From contig NC_043012.1 of NCBI RefSeq assembly GCF_006345805.1, positions 32,550,001 to 32,614,000 on the forward strand: a stretch of DNA of 64,000 nt, read 5' to 3'. This document shows positions 26,660 through 41,800 of this stretch, one piece after another. Numbering within the stretch: position 1 is the stretch's first letter; every line of letters starts with the position of its first letter. The DNA is from Octopus sinensis. Taxonomy: Eukaryota. Under the pieces are notes generated by a model. That model saw only the letters and a list, made by a program, of their open reading frames with translations, ran no database searches and was not told the origin of the DNA. The translations under genes and the position numbers were made by a program.

Positions 26660-27414
26660 ATAATATATCTTTATTAATGTCACACTGCTTATAGTTGGTG
26701 CTATTGTGGTCACATGATCGAAATTTGAGCCTCTCAAAGTGGTTGGCATTAGGAAGGGCATCCAGCTGTAGAAACTCTGCCAAATCAAGACTGGAGCCTG
26801 GTGCAGCCATCTCGTTCGCCAGCCCTTAGTCAAAATCATCCAACCCATGCTAGCATGGAAAGTGGACGTTAAACAATGATGATGATGATGATGACGCCAT
26901 TTTTCTTTCTAGCTTTACAGTGTAAGCATGGCCACTTCATTAGCCATGTGCACCAAAGAAGGACAAAGAGCAGTGATCTGATTTCTCTGGTTAGAATGTG
27001 TGTCAGGTGCTGAAATTCATCAGAGGCTTTTAGTACAATACAGGGGCAGTGTCCTACCACGTAGAAGTGTGTATGAGTGGACAGAGAAGTTTAAAAGTGG
27101 CTGGACAAGCATGAAGAGGGAGCAGTATGCCTGTCAACCTCCACCATTGACGAGAAGATTCAGCAAGATTGAGAGATGGTAATGCTGAACCGGTTCACCA
27201 TTACCATCTCTCGGACTACTGCTCTTTGTTCTTCTTTGGTACACATTGCTAGTGAAGGGGCCATGCTTACACTGTAAAGCCAAAAAGGAAATTGGTGCAA
27301 TCAGGCTCAAATTTCCATCACATGACCACAATAATACCAACTATAAGCATGCATGCACAGAAGGTAGTGTGACAATTATGAAGATAGTGCAGATAATTTT
27401 TGACTTCCCTTGTA
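26660..27414. mobile_element. Mariner-derived palindromic remnant interrupted by a SINE
   Basis: Transposase HTH start (..SGAEIHQRLLVQYRGSVLPRRSVYEW.EKFKSG) on the plus strand, followed by an inverted copy of the same 5' end (~27210-27414). Confidence 0.65.
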
Positions 27415-27462
27415 TATATATATAAAGATCTCACTGTGGCAGTTGTTCTCGTTGTTTATATA

Positions 27463-27692
27463 TTTCTTTACTGCCCACAAGGGGCTAAACATAGAGGGGA
27501 CAAACAAGGACAGACAAAGGGATCAAGTCGATTACATCGACCCCAGTGCGTAACTGGTACTTAATTTATCGACCCTGAAAGGATAAAAGGCAACGTCGAC
27601 CTCGGCGGAATTTGAACTCAGAACGTACGACAGATGAAATACTGCTAAGCATTTCACCCGGTGCGCAAATGTTTCTGCCAGCTCATCGCCTT
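27463..27692 (-). mobile_element. SINE family B
   Basis: Full-length match to the 53016 copy. Confidence 0.85.
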
Positions 27693-29793
27693 GTTTATAA
27701 TATCCAGGACAATTACTAAGGAACTGAAATACTGACAAATAACTTAAAAAGGTGGCTTTGGAATAAAAATATCACCTCATTAGATAATTATATAGTTAAA
27801 TTTCTGAGGTAAGCTATTTCAACAATTTTAATTTTTGATTATTAAGCTCATCTTCCAATTTTTTTTTTTGACAAAGAATGACAGCATTAGAGTGAAATGT
27901 TTTGTTTTATAATCAAATCCAGTCTAAAAGGAAATGAGAATTTGTTTGTTCACTTTACATCTATTTTCCCGTAATGGGACTAGTTGAATCAACACTTATT
28001 TGGAGACAGTACTATATGACCTGATGCTCTTACAGTCACCAACCCTTATCTGTTTTTCAAGAAACGTTTTCTCCCCTTAAATTAAACTCTGAAAGGCCAG
28101 AGCTACTACAAGCCATGTAACTGTGCCTAAGGTAGTCTTACGTGAAGAAGTGAAACTGGGCAACAGTCACACACATACAACTTCTGTCAACCACTTACAA
28201 GGAATTGCTCAGCTTGATGTTTAGTGGGAAGAAGCTGGACTGAATTCTAGACGTGACTGCAAAGCAAATAACTACATAAACAGAGAAAAAAAGAGGGGGG
28301 GGGGGCGAGCACACCTAAGGTAATTAGAGACTGGACTACATAGAATGTAATATCAAATACAATAATATGGGTTATGAAGTTACTAGATTGACAAAGTTTA
28401 GATTAGGCTAATTTTAGAACAGAACTGAATAATCAATTCTAGAGTTTTAAGAAGTTAATATCACAGGTTTCATATATTGGAATTACTTTAATGAATTTTG
28501 TGCAAATATCAGAATTTCGTGTCTGTGTGTTTAAGTAGCAGCTTTTCTTCAATATTATTGGAAATGTGACTAGATTTCATTAAATTTAGTATGTTTAACC
28601 AAGAAAATTTAAAAAGTTTTTAGACAAATGTAAAGCCCATTTACCCATCTTCTCCATCCACTATTCATGGAAGAGCTGTAGAGGTAGGGTCCTCAGACAC
28701 TCCTTCATAGGGTCCTATCAGTAAGCAACTGTCATTACACTTTCTGGCTGGATTCCCAAGCATAAACAGCTGAGACTATGGATATTGTCCAACCATCTCA
28801 TTCTTGGTCTGCCTCCAGATCTCTAGCTAGGGCTTGAAGAATCTATCTTGTGACATTCTAATCACAAGTCCATAGCACTACAGCTGTGACCTTTCAATGC
28901 AGCTCAACCTAGAGAAACTCTCCGATCTGTGAGTTATGCACACCTTATCAAGTAATATTAGTCCAGAGACTATTTCGAGGAACCCTATTTTGGCTGCTTG
29001 AATTTATGACTTTACTCTTTTGGTCAGTGCCTAATATTCAGGTGAGGATAAGAACAAAAACTGAACTGAAGATAGCAAGTTTGCCTTTTTTACCAACCTC
29101 TCCTTATTTGAAGATTGAATGCTGGAGCTGAGTCAGGGCCTGCAATTCTAGAATTTAATTCAGCCTCCTACTTTCTGTCACTCATGCTTACCCCTTCTCA
29201 GTGTTCAAGTGTAAAGAAATCAAATAATACCGAGAAACATCTACAGAAACATATTTCAATATAGGTTCAATTGTATTGGGATTAATTCTCAAGAACAGCA
29301 ATGTTTTCGGCTAATATCTAAACTTTGGCATTTATAGCAAACAAACCATAAACAAAACCATTTAAATATTGAGTAATGACAACTGTGAATATTTTAATGA
29401 ACTATAATGTTTAACGAGAAACCTGCAAAGCCTCTTCAATACAAAACTCATCTATAAAACAGATGAGTAAACTAAACTAAAATAACAGGAACTGGTGAAG
29501 ACCTAATGTAACAGGCAGTTTGAACTGTATAGAGTTGAGATTTATTTTTATCTCTTGGATTGCCAGGAAAACAACAAACAAACAAACAAATATGTAAACA
29601 GTGTAACCATTGGAAACCAGACTTGAGATCTATAAATTTAATATAATTAGAATACAAAAATAAAATGTTTTTTTTTTTTTATGTAGATCCCCAGTTGTTT
29701 TAATTTTTAAGGCTGAATGCAATGTGTATCATTTATGCAGTCAATGTCAGCAGAGATTGTAAGCATAATAGAATGACTACTGATGTTGGCAAT

Positions 29794-29864
29794 TTATCCT
29801 TCATCATAAACATTTTTGCGGAGTCCTTTTTTGGCACCCTGGTGGATGTGTGGATCGAGTTTAA
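29794..29864 (-). CDS. TRIP4: TRIP4 last coding exon (FKLDPHIHQGAKKGLRKNVYDEG*)
   Basis: Acceptor ttttgcag|; KLD..IH.GAKKGL C-terminal motif; TAA at 29796-29794; AATAAA on the minus strand at 29546-29541. Confidence 0.94.
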
Positions 29865-32800
29865 CTGCAAAACACAAGGAAGAAAGTAAAAAACAAACAG
29901 AAACAGTAAAGCAATGATTGATACAAAAATTATGAATAATCAAAATATTTCAACTGCTTAAAAGATAGCTTTTTAATTAATGCTGAGTTAGAAATTTAAT
30001 TAATAACCTGTAAAAGTACATATTAATTTAAGAATGAAAATAGTTTCAGGTATATCACAGTGTTGATAAACAAACTGCATAACCTATTTCACAATCAGCT
30101 TTTGTGTAAGGTTTTCTTACCTGTTGCAGGTGAAATACTAGGTTTCTGAGAGAACTCATTAATTCTATATGCCCCAACTCATTGAGCAATAAAGAAAACA
30201 TACAAGATCTGAGAATATTGTCTGCAGTATAATGATAGCCTATTAACATATTTACTAGCACTATGACCCAGCGTTGCTGGGTCATAGTGCTAGTGCATGC
30301 ATATACAGCTGCGTGCGTGCGCACATACACGCGAGTACTGTCCAAATCTCTGACCAATCACATACAGTTAGCTGGCATTCAATTGGCGTATCAAGTTTCG
30401 AGCATTTTGATTGGGTTTTGGATAGAAAATTCACAAAAAAAAACTTCTATTGATTTTTTAATGGCTTTGCGGGGTGACTGGGGAAATGTAAAGATGTGCA
30501 TGACCACCCTTGGATGGTTTTGAATGACCATAGAAAGTGCAAGCCCTCTAATTGAAAAATTATGGATTTGTATAAAGGACACACACACAGACATTTAGCC
30601 GTTTATATTTATAGAGATTTGTGTATAATATCCAAATTTTCTTACCTACATATTACCAGTGTGTATTATATACATGAGAACTAAAAGTTACCCATTTTTC
30701 CCAGTCAAGTGTGCCACCATATTTAAGAAGCAAGTTGTATTTACTGTCGAAGCTAACTCACGTTTATGAAATAGCTTAAATCAATGTGACATTTTCTATA
30801 ACATATTAAATGTTTGACTAAACTGGCAGATATACATCTTATGATATTACTAGCATCACTGTTCAGTGTGGAAGACCAGAATGGAATACATCCTTTGCTT
30901 AAATTAGTTGATGTGAAGATTAAATTAATAAATGATCAATAATACTGATATTATTAATGAAATGTAATTATAAACTGTAACTAATAAATATTTCTGACCC
31001 AGAAATACTGTAATTATTATAATGAACCACCACTATGTTTCTGCTGGAACAACGAAAGTATTTGACAATGAAAGTGTTTACATTCTGCGGCACATATCTG
31101 TGCTGGTGGCACGTAAAAAGCACCCACTACACTCACGGAGTGGTTGGCGTTAAGAAGGGCATCCAGCTGTAGAAACACTGCCAGATCAGACTGGAGCCTG
31201 GTGCAGCCTCCTGGCTTCCCAGACCCCGGTCAAACCGTCCAACCCATGCTAGCATGGAAAACGGGCATTAAATAATGATGATGATGATATTCTTCTAAAT
31301 TGGCCGACTTTTCACCGGCTGACATTACAGCAGGGACAGTTTGCAGCTTAGACCAATGTGATCCAAAGATCACTTCTGAATTTTTTTAATGTTTTGAGGA
31401 CGTGAACTTTTAGAAGGTATGAGACAACTATTGGAATAAATATGATGGAACACTTGGTTTTTCTCTATGTCATCATCATCATTTAACGTCTGTTGTCCAT
31501 GCTGGCATGGATTGGCTGGTCTGACCAGGGCTGGCAGGCTGGAAGGCTGATCAGACTCCAGTCTGATTTGGCATGGTTTCTTTGGCAGGATGCCATTCCT
31601 AACCCAACCACTCCGAGAGTGTAATAAGTGCTTTTACGTGCCATTTGCATGACACTGCCATGACTGCGATTTTGCTTGGCTTGATGGGTCTTCTCAAGCA
31701 CGACATAATGCCAAGGGTCTCGGTCATTGCCTCCTTGAACGAGATATTTTGTAGCTCAAAATTAGTGGTGTGCATTACATACACAAATAAATATGGTACT
31801 GAATATCACTGAAAGAAAAGTTAAATGTTGGGTTTGTTGAGTTTATGAATGTGGAAACATTAAGCTTGGTATAAAAGGCCAAAATTGCAAAGTTGCTTTT
31901 AAATAAGAAAGAGGCTTGATCTCAGTTGGCAACTGAATTTTCATTTACCACACAACACAAATGCTTTTACATGGCATTTGACAATGAAAGTGTTTACATT
32001 CTGCGGCACATATCTGTACTGGTGGCATGTAAAAAGCACCCGCTACACTCACGGAGTGGGAGATGGTGAAGCGTGATCTTCGAATGTTGGGCCTCACAGA
32101 GGCAATGAGAAGTGACAGGGACCTTTGGCAATCTGCTGTGCTCGAGAAGATCTGTCAAGCCAGGTGAGATTACAGTCATGGCTGATGCTAGTGTCACACA
32201 ACTGGCCTGTTAAAAGCACCCTTCAAATCTGCCTGAGATTTGACTAATGTTTGATATAGTTTTTCAGCCCTCATGGTGGATTTAAAAAAGAAAAAAAGTC
32301 AGAGGTTTCATTAAAAATATTTACATGTCTTAGTTGATTAATTTAAAAAGAGAAATTGTTGAAATACTTACATATTTTATGTTTTCCTTTAATAGGGAAA
32401 TTCACAACAAGTTCTTTTGGATTTTGACAAATAAATACATATGGACTGCCAGACTCTCCATCTGGAAACTAAAAATAAATAAAAAAACAACAATATTAAC
32501 TTTTCACACCTGTAATTGGTGCTGGGAAGAATATCAAAGCTGAAGATGTTTCCTTCATTACACAATGCTAGAGAGAGACAAAAATTCTGATTTACACAAG
32601 AAAGTGCCAGTGTCACATTAAAAGCACCTAGCACAAACTGTAGTGGTTGGCATTAGGAAGGGCATCCTGTCATAGAAACTAAGCCAAATCAAACTGGAAA
32701 CTGGTGCAGATCTCTAGCTTACCAGCTCTGGTGAAATCGTCCAACCCATGCCAGCATAGAAAATAAACGTGAAAGGATGATGTCGATGATGATACTGAAC

Positions 32801-35800
32801 ACTTAAAAGCAGGTCAAGAGGTCCTATGTGCAGAACGAGGTTGAATTACTGTAATCTACTTGGCATTCTCAATGATCCCTCCTGTCTTTATTTGAACCCA
32901 CTTCTTAAGATTTGCCTTATTTATTCCCATCTCAAAGAGTAAAATCAAATCTATGATGGATATTTGGCTGTAATGTTGAGTAAGCTGAGTAACTATGTGG
33001 AAATTTAGAAGTATATAATGCAGAAGTTGACAATAACATCAGAAACTATATAAATTAGTTTTGGTGTTTTGTCCATCTTTTCCAAGACATTTTGTTTTGC
33101 TATTTTACGGCTGTCTTTTTTTTTTATTGCCATGCTAGCAAAAGTGGAATGATTTTTTTTCCCTCCAGATTTGAAAATGCATATTGTTGCAACAAATATT
33201 TTTACACCGGGAAACTTGAAAGGGTTACACAACAGAAAAGTTACATAAATAATAAAATCAAAGTGAGACGTGGGCCCCGAATGCAAAGGACATGCACAGG
33301 CTGAAAAAGAATGAAGCAAGTATGTTCTGCTGGATATGCAATGTCAATCTGCATGAGTGATAGAGCATTGGTTTTATTGAGTGAGAGGTTGGGTATAAGA
33401 GGAATTAGATGCAGTGTGCAAGAGAGAAGACTACTGTGCTGGTTTGGTCATGTGATACAGACCGATGAGAACAGTTGCATAAAGATGTGATGATTACTTA
33501 AAGCGGAGGGAATTTGTGGAAGAGGGAAACCCAGGAGACATGGGAAGAAATATTGAAAGCTGATCTGAAAACACTGAACTGTACAAAAGAGAAGATAGAG
33601 CACCAAGATATGTGGTGCATTGCTGCACTTGAGAAGATCCACCCACTACAAAAAAATTGAGACCCTAAAACCAAGGTGTCATAACAATGCCTTTTATAAA
33701 AGACACTGGTGTGGGTACTGGACTCACATAAAAAAAGCACTGGTGATGGTGCCAGATAAAAAGCACCCAGTACACTCTGTGGAATGGTTGGCATCAGGAA
33801 GGGCATCCAGCTGTAGAAACCAAGCCAAAACAGACTATGGAACCTGGTGCAGCCCCTAGACTTGCCAGTTCCTGTCAAGCAATCCAGCACATGTCAACAT
33901 GGAAAATGGATGTTAAATGTTGATAATGATGATGATGAAATAAACCTATAAAAATTAATTTTTGATAAACAGAACGTATTTATAAGATTGTGCTGACAAA
34001 ACTTTCATCAATTAAAGCAATCTAAAGCTGCAATTAGTTAATAAATTATTAACGAGCAACAGTGATCTATTTCTGTAGTAATATAAGTAAAATTCAAGAA
34101 AATTAGTGATATCCTGTGTCTGTATAAAATAATACAAATAAGTTCAAAGAGTAAATTTTATGCTATGAGGAAGAAAACTCTTTTTCCTCACAATAATATT
34201 TATTCTACATTTCACACCTAAAGAATTCTTAAACTTTAAAATAAAATAAAACAATTTTTTTTTGCAAAAAAGATTCGAGTGAGGTCATTGCCAGTACCGC
34301 CTGACTGGCCCCCGTGCCAGTGGCACGTAAAAAGCAGCCACTACACTCTCGGAGTGGTTGGCATTAGGAAGGGCATCCAACTGTAGAAACTCTGCCAGAT
34401 CAAGATTGGAGCCTGGTACAGCCATCTGGTTCGCCAGCCCTCAGTCAAAATCGTCCAACCCATGCTAGCATGGAAAGCGGATGTTAAACGATGATGATGA
34501 TGATGATGAATTCTTTTTTGGAATGTTATATCTTGAAGCAAATAAGCTATAAATAATAGTGTGTAAATACTGGGTTAAAAACCTATTGAGTTGCTCGATC
34601 CAAAGGGTTTTTTTAAAACCCAACATTTGCATGCTATTATTTATGGCTTATCTGCTTCAAGATCCAATGTTCCAAGAAAAGATTATTTGTTGTTAAACCC
34701 TTTAGCATTTAAACCGGCCACATCAAGTCAAAATGTTCTTCCTGTTTTATGTTCAAACTAGCCAGATCCAGCCTCTCACACCTACCCTACAATGTCAGTC
34801 TAAAAATTTTATTGTCACATAATCGAAACCTCAAGGATATAAGATAATGCGGGATAAATTCAAAACAATATGAATAAATGTTACATTTGATAGAATAATC
34901 TGAATGCTAGAGGGTTAAGCTATTTGATGTGTTTCATACTTACTTGGGTTCGATAATCTCCTTGCTCTAAACAATCTACTAGATCTACACAACCGAGTAG
35001 ACAGCCAGGTTGATAAAACTTAGGAAACACTATATCTGTATCTGAAATTAAATGAAGAATGAGAGATAAAGTTTTTACATTTAGTTTAAAATACTGTAGT
35101 TTATTTAAAACAAATCAAGAATTTGTTTTTAATAAAAAAAATATATTCAGTTTAACAAATTAAAAGTAATAATAGGAAAAAAATACCCTGCCTTATTTTA
35201 TGAGGACAAAACATATATGATATTGTGTTTGGTTAAAAGAAAAACAAAGCATCAAATTTTTAATATTTCCAATGACTAAGGTGGTGAGCTGGCAAAAACG
35301 TTAGCATACTGGGCGAAATGCTTAACGGTACTTTGTCTGTCTTTACATTCTGAGTTCAAATTCCGCCAAAGTTGACTTTGCCTTTCATCACTTCAGGGTC
35401 GATAAATTAAGTACCAGTTGCGTACTGAGGTTGATCTATTCAACTGGTCCCCCTCCCACAAATTTCGGGCCTTGTGCCTAGAGTAGAAAAGAATATTCCC
35501 AACGACTTATAACATGATCCAAATGTTCACTCAATCAAGAATGAAAAAAAAACACGAGTATGCATGAATCACTACATTGTTGATACATCCATTATTAAAT
35601 GGCTCAGTTTTAGTTCTGACATCCTCAGTTGGAACTGAAGAGATTAGCCATTAACACATGGCTCTGTTGGATTATAGGAATATATATTTCTTTATTACCC
35701 ACAAGGGGTTAAACATAGAGGGGACAAACAAGGACAGACAAAGGGATTAAGTCGATTACATCGACTCCAGTGCGAAACTAGTACTTGACAGACGAAATAC

Positions 35801-38800
35801 CGCTAAGCATTTCGCCTGGCGTGCTAACGTGTCTGCCAGCTCGCTGCCTACTTATAGGAATATAATCAAACAGAGAAGCAAGAGTTGTCTGGCTATCAAT
35901 TATGTTGCTAACAAGTTTTCTCTTTGAATTAAGTGATAAATTATAATGATTTCTTACATAAGTACAATCAATAATGATAAGGTTAGGTATAACTGATTAA
36001 TTCAAAGCAGTATACAAGAGGCACTTATTTTATCTACTCTGGAAAGATGAAAGCATATTTGATCTTGGTAAGACTTATTTGTAACAGAGGAATACAACCA
36101 AATACTGCAAGATATTTTGTCCATTTCTATATATTCTATGTCAAAACAGTGACAAACAATAACAGTAGCAAGGTTGGCATAAATAGTTAAAATTTAAAAC
36201 ACATTTTTGTTGACTTGCATAATTTCTAAAAATCTATCATAAAAGCACAAATATTTGAGTGGGGCTATTTTTTCTAATAATCTTAACCAGTAAATTATAC
36301 AGAAAATTTGCTTTCATTTCCCATTTAGCTAGAAATAGGCAAATGGATTAGCTTGGGGAGCAAAATTTAATGCTAAACTAACTTCTGAGCAGAGTAACTG
36401 AACCCTCCATTTAGTTTCCTTTACAGTAAATTTTATTGTAGATTACCTTTATACATTGTATGGTAGCTGCTTTCTAATGATTCAATCTCATCTTGGAGTG
36501 GAGGCTTGGCCGTTGAAGCTATCCATAATTTTCCACGATGAGAAGTATACCATGTTCTGCCCTCGTGTCTGTGAATAAATAATTATTAAAATATTATTCA
36601 AAACATCAAATGGATAAGAAGAACAGAGCATTTGGCAAATGCATATTAATTTTCTTTACACCGATGTTTTTGGTAGTATCTTTCAGGTTTTGTTTTTGAC
36701 AACCACTGAACCAGGGAAACAAATGAACGCACTCTTGACATTATATACATGTTGCTAACTGATTACCTTACAATTAGACGTTAAAAGGAGGACTGTCAAA
36801 ACATTAATCTAATACATAAAATATATGACTTAAGCAGGATCTTTTCGTATACTGGTAGAATGTGTTTATAAAACCTCTTTTTCTCTTGGCTTTATTGGGA
36901 AAATTCTATAGTTTGTAAGATATTTGTTGTTTCTTTCCTTCAATTTCTGAAACTTCAACCAATTAGTGATGTCTATTGAGTTAAAAAGCATTCTGTGTCG
37001 TATGAATATGCCCCTTGTTTAAGAAACAGATTGGGTTTATTTACATTTGTAAAGAAAAAAAATACCCTTCCCCTAACCCTAACCTTAACTAACCCTAAAA
37101 GAGATTGAAATGCAATAGATTGATTCTAGGGTCATAATTATGGGTGACAATTTCATATGACACCGCTAGAAAAAACTGTCGTTCAAACCGAAAAGATCCC
37201 TTAAACAAGCTGTTAGCTGCATTGATGAGTCAAACTAATATGCTGATATGTGAAATTAATCACAAGGTAACATTAATTAATCAAATAATTTTGCTTTCAG
37301 ATAATTTTAATTATTATACAGAATTTTAAATACAAAATGTATAAAATTTTATCAAATTACAGCAGTTTTGTAATGATACAACATCTGAGCATGAGTAAAA
37401 CATTAGCAATTAATAAAGGATGAATTGGATCAAATTGTTATTTATAATATGGTTATGATGTGGATCTGGATCTCATAACCAAATGAGTTGTAGGGACTGA
37501 ACTTAAAAATCTTCAATTCATAAACTGTATTTACATTTTTTTTTTAGAAGAATTATTATCCGTACTGATAAATCTGTTCACACATTTTTCTCATTAAAAA
37601 CAGTCTGAATTTTCCTTAGCACTTTTACCTACTGATCCACTTATTTAGTATGTTACTATTTTCATCAATGACTTCTATTACTGTTTACAACCAGGTGAAT
37701 TGATAATTTCAAATAAAGATTTTACAGTTTTTATCTTAAATATTTTATCCATTAAAATTCTAAAAACAATCACTTTTAAATATTTAAAAATTGAAATCTA
37801 ATAAAATGTAACTTACAACTTGATGCCTGCAATGAGTAATGAAGCATATGGTTGGTGCATACTTAAACAGTAACCTTCATCTCTCATTTCCTGAATCTCT
37901 TTGTCTTGCAAGCGAATAGATGAACGTTTTCCTTGTTCAACAGCTTTAGAAAATGAACACTCAAAGACCTTGTCTTTCGGCTGGACAAACTGAAAATGAA
38001 TTTTTGTGTTTTTAAAAAAATATTTCTATCATCCAATTTAGAAATAAAATTACATAAAAAATTATATAAAAAATAAAAATCCGATTAACTAACAAAATAA
38101 TATTTTTTACTGGGCACGACATCAAAATCTGCAAATGATACAATACAACTTAATGTAGTACAAATATAGTTATCAACTCCGGGTAACCCAGGAAGATTCT
38201 GAAGTTAGAATATTAAAGGAGAAAATTACTGCAAGATATGAAGTATAACTTGCTGTATTTCTGTAGACTAGCAATCATTAATAGTAAAACGAATAGTAAT
38301 ATTTCATAGCATTTTAAGCAGCACCCCAAGCACACAAATGCTCACTCTTAAAATGATATAAATTTTTTTAAAAGTGACCTACTTTTGGTGCAGCAATTTT
38401 GATGGAAGGGTTGACAAGTTCACCTAAAGGAATGTCATTGTTTCTGGAAACCACTGATGATGGCGCCTCTTGTGCTTGGGTCTGTGATCTTATCTTTTCT
38501 TCTTCGTACATATTTGTTCCACTTTTAAATGCTTCCTCTTCCTCATCAATTATCCTCCTACCAGCAAAATCGAAAGTTATTTTACGGTCCCGTCTTGACT
38601 GAAAACGAATATTTCGTAGTTCATCTTCTCGTCGCTTTAGAACTTCCCTCTCAGACTTGCTGAGCCACTGAGAATCAGAGCTAAAGTAGTCAGCATCATC
38701 ATCAATGACTTGGGTTCGTTTCACACTGGAATAAAAGGAGAAAAACAAGGATGATATTTTGTTGCTAGGCACTGGGTCAATTTATTTTTAACAAAGAAAG

Positions 38801-41800
38801 AATACAGAAAATTGGGACTACCCCTACGTTTAACTGGTTCTTACTGACTGCAGTAATATAGTCAACCTGAAAGAGATTTGAACTTAAAATTGTCTTTTAG
38901 CAGATCTCCATTGATCTCATTGATAAGTATTCAGTAGTTAGATAAATTTAAACTACTTGCATATTGAACTAATATGTAAGTGGATGAATATTCCACAGAC
39001 ATGTGTACACTAAATGAAACTGTCAGGTGGAATCAGTGAGACAAAGTTTGGACCTTTAAATTCTAAAGTCAATCCATCTGATGGCTTTCCATACAGTTTG
39101 CCTCCCCTTAAATGTGGTGGACAACAAAAAACCTGGCTGATGACAGTCAAGGCTGATCTGGAACCCAACCTAGGCCCCCATATCTACGGCGTTCGCCGCC
39201 GGAATAAGGAGTGGTTGGAGATCACGCGGTCGTTAGCCTCAAATCGCCAGGCCTAGTCGGCGTTTGTGAGAGATGCAGCATTGAGGATAAATGAAGCCAG
39301 CTCAACCCACCCCGGGTAAATGCTGTCTCAAGTCAAAAAGTCAAAATGAAAGGGTAAGTCAACCTCAGAAGAATTTGAACTCAAAACATAAAGATGGACA
39401 AAATAGTGCTAAGCATTTTACTTGGCATTTTATGGTTCTGAAGCAGGTTTTAAATAATGATCTTGTAGTTAATTGTCCATCCCAATCTTGGCACTGAGCA
39501 ATTTCTAGTCCAAGACTTGAACCACCTAAGCACCATATCATTCCTTTATTTTCTCAACCATCTTCAAGTTAGTATGAAATATTTAATAATTTGGATATTT
39601 GAATGATCTTTAAAACTTTTCCTAGATATCAAAAACACTAATGTGAGATTGGTCTTACATCTGAGACATAGAATGCTTTGCAGATGAAAATTCTTAAAAA
39701 TTAAAGCTTCAAAACATATGCATGACCGAAACAGATATAAATCCTTTTTACCTTATTTCAACATTTTTTAACATACATTTTTCTATTCATCAAACACCTC
39801 ATCATCCTACATCACTACAAAATCAATTTAAAAAAGAGAAAGTTCCATTTGTACCTTGTATTATCATAATCAAGAAGACGATTTTTATAATCTACTGCTT
39901 TTGACAGTTCTGCTGACTGAGGGCAGGCACCATTTTCTGTGGAAAGTCTTAGAATTTGGTTATTTATCAGTTGTAATACTTTGTCTGTATCCTTCATTAA
40001 GACCTGCCGTAACTTTTCACTTTTTTTTGTACCCTCAGCCAATACCTTTTCTTGCTCCTTACTGCACACCTATTTTCACAAAATTCAGAAAAATTATACT
40101 GGTATTAAATGTATTATTCTTTCAGCATATTATACTGAAAACATTTTATGTTGGTAGTAAGTTTAAGAAGTAGAGTAAAAAAAAAAAAAAACTAAACAAA
40201 AACAGCTTCAATACTCAAATTTCAGCCAACTGGCAGTCAAAGAAATAAACCAGATGGAAAATCACAGACATCAAGAGGTAGAGATCAGATGTCAAAGATG
40301 CAAAGAGTGACTTGCACTTCTTTGTCTCCTGGCCAACCTTCCCTCTCGATAAATGCTCCTGGCTCTTCTATACCATTGTTGAACTGAACAGTCCCCTTAG
40401 GCACTGGCACCCTTCACACCTATCAGGATGAAGAGGCTCAATCACTCGCTATATATTAATCTACTTTGATACGAGTTAATGGTGCCACCACTGATGAGCA
40501 TTTTTAAGAAGCTACCCCTCCACTGCTGGAAAACCCAAACATCTCAAAAGAGATTACTGTATATATGTTTTATAACAATTCAAACCAGTTCATCATTCAT
40601 TAATTTCTCTGACAAAATTTAAAATTATAAAAAAAAAAAAAACCCAGCCCCAGCAGTCAATTTCAGCCAACACTAGCAGACTGGAAAGCCCAAATATCTC
40701 AACAGAGATTACTGTATATATGTTTCATAACAATTCAAACTTGTGCATCACTCATTAATTTCTCTGAAAATATTATAACAAAATAATAAAAGACATTTTT
40801 GATGATTTATCACCACCCACCCTAATAAAACTTGCATTGAAAAATAAAAGTAGGGAAATGAGTGTATTTACCAAGTTTCCACAGAATAAACAAGGTCCAG
40901 CCCCTTCTTGTGCACAAACAATCCGACCACATTCAATACAGTTATTAACTAAATCATGTTTTAGTGCTTGGCAATCACAACTATGTCTTCCTGGGAAAAG
41001 AAAATGATTAATTAGTTAACCGATGCTTTATGTCACACCACAAATGTCTTAATTATACAGAAACTCTTTTACTCTCTTTTTTACTATTTTACTTGTTTCA
41101 GTCATTTGACTGTGGCCATGCTGGAGCACTGCCTTTAGTCGAGCAAATCAACTCCAGGACTTATTCTGTGTAAGCCTAGTACTTATTCTATTGGTCTCTT
41201 TTGCCGAACCGCTAAGTTACGGGGACGTAAACACACCAGCATCGGTTGTCAAGCGATGTTGGGGGGACAAACACAGACACACAAACATATATATATATAT
41301 ATATATATATACGACACGCTTCTTTCAGTTTCCATTTACCAAATCCACTCACAAGGCTTTGGTCGGCCCAAGGCGATAGTAAAAGACACTTGCCCAAGGT
41401 GCCACGCAGTGGGACTGAACCCGGAACCATGTGGTTGGTAAGCAAGCTACTTACCACACAGCCACTCCTACATTTCTTTAAAACTTATCAAGGTTCAAGT
41501 CAAATTTATGGAGAGATGGCTGTGGAAATTTTGTTGGAAGTAAATTCATTGCTAGACATGTAGAAGTTGGTAAAAATGGACTGACTCTTGACTCCTGTTT
41601 TTTTTTATGGTGTAATTTTCTTAATTTATTGCTTCTATCTTGAATTTCATAAAGTTGTTTTATGATGATGAATAATATCACTAACTACTCTTGTTTTTCT
41701 TTTCAGAAATATATTTTTGGAAACATTCTGAGGTAGTTAATTCTAAACTGTAATATTCAAAAGCCCATAAAAATATTTAGAAAGACTTCAGTCAACCCTT

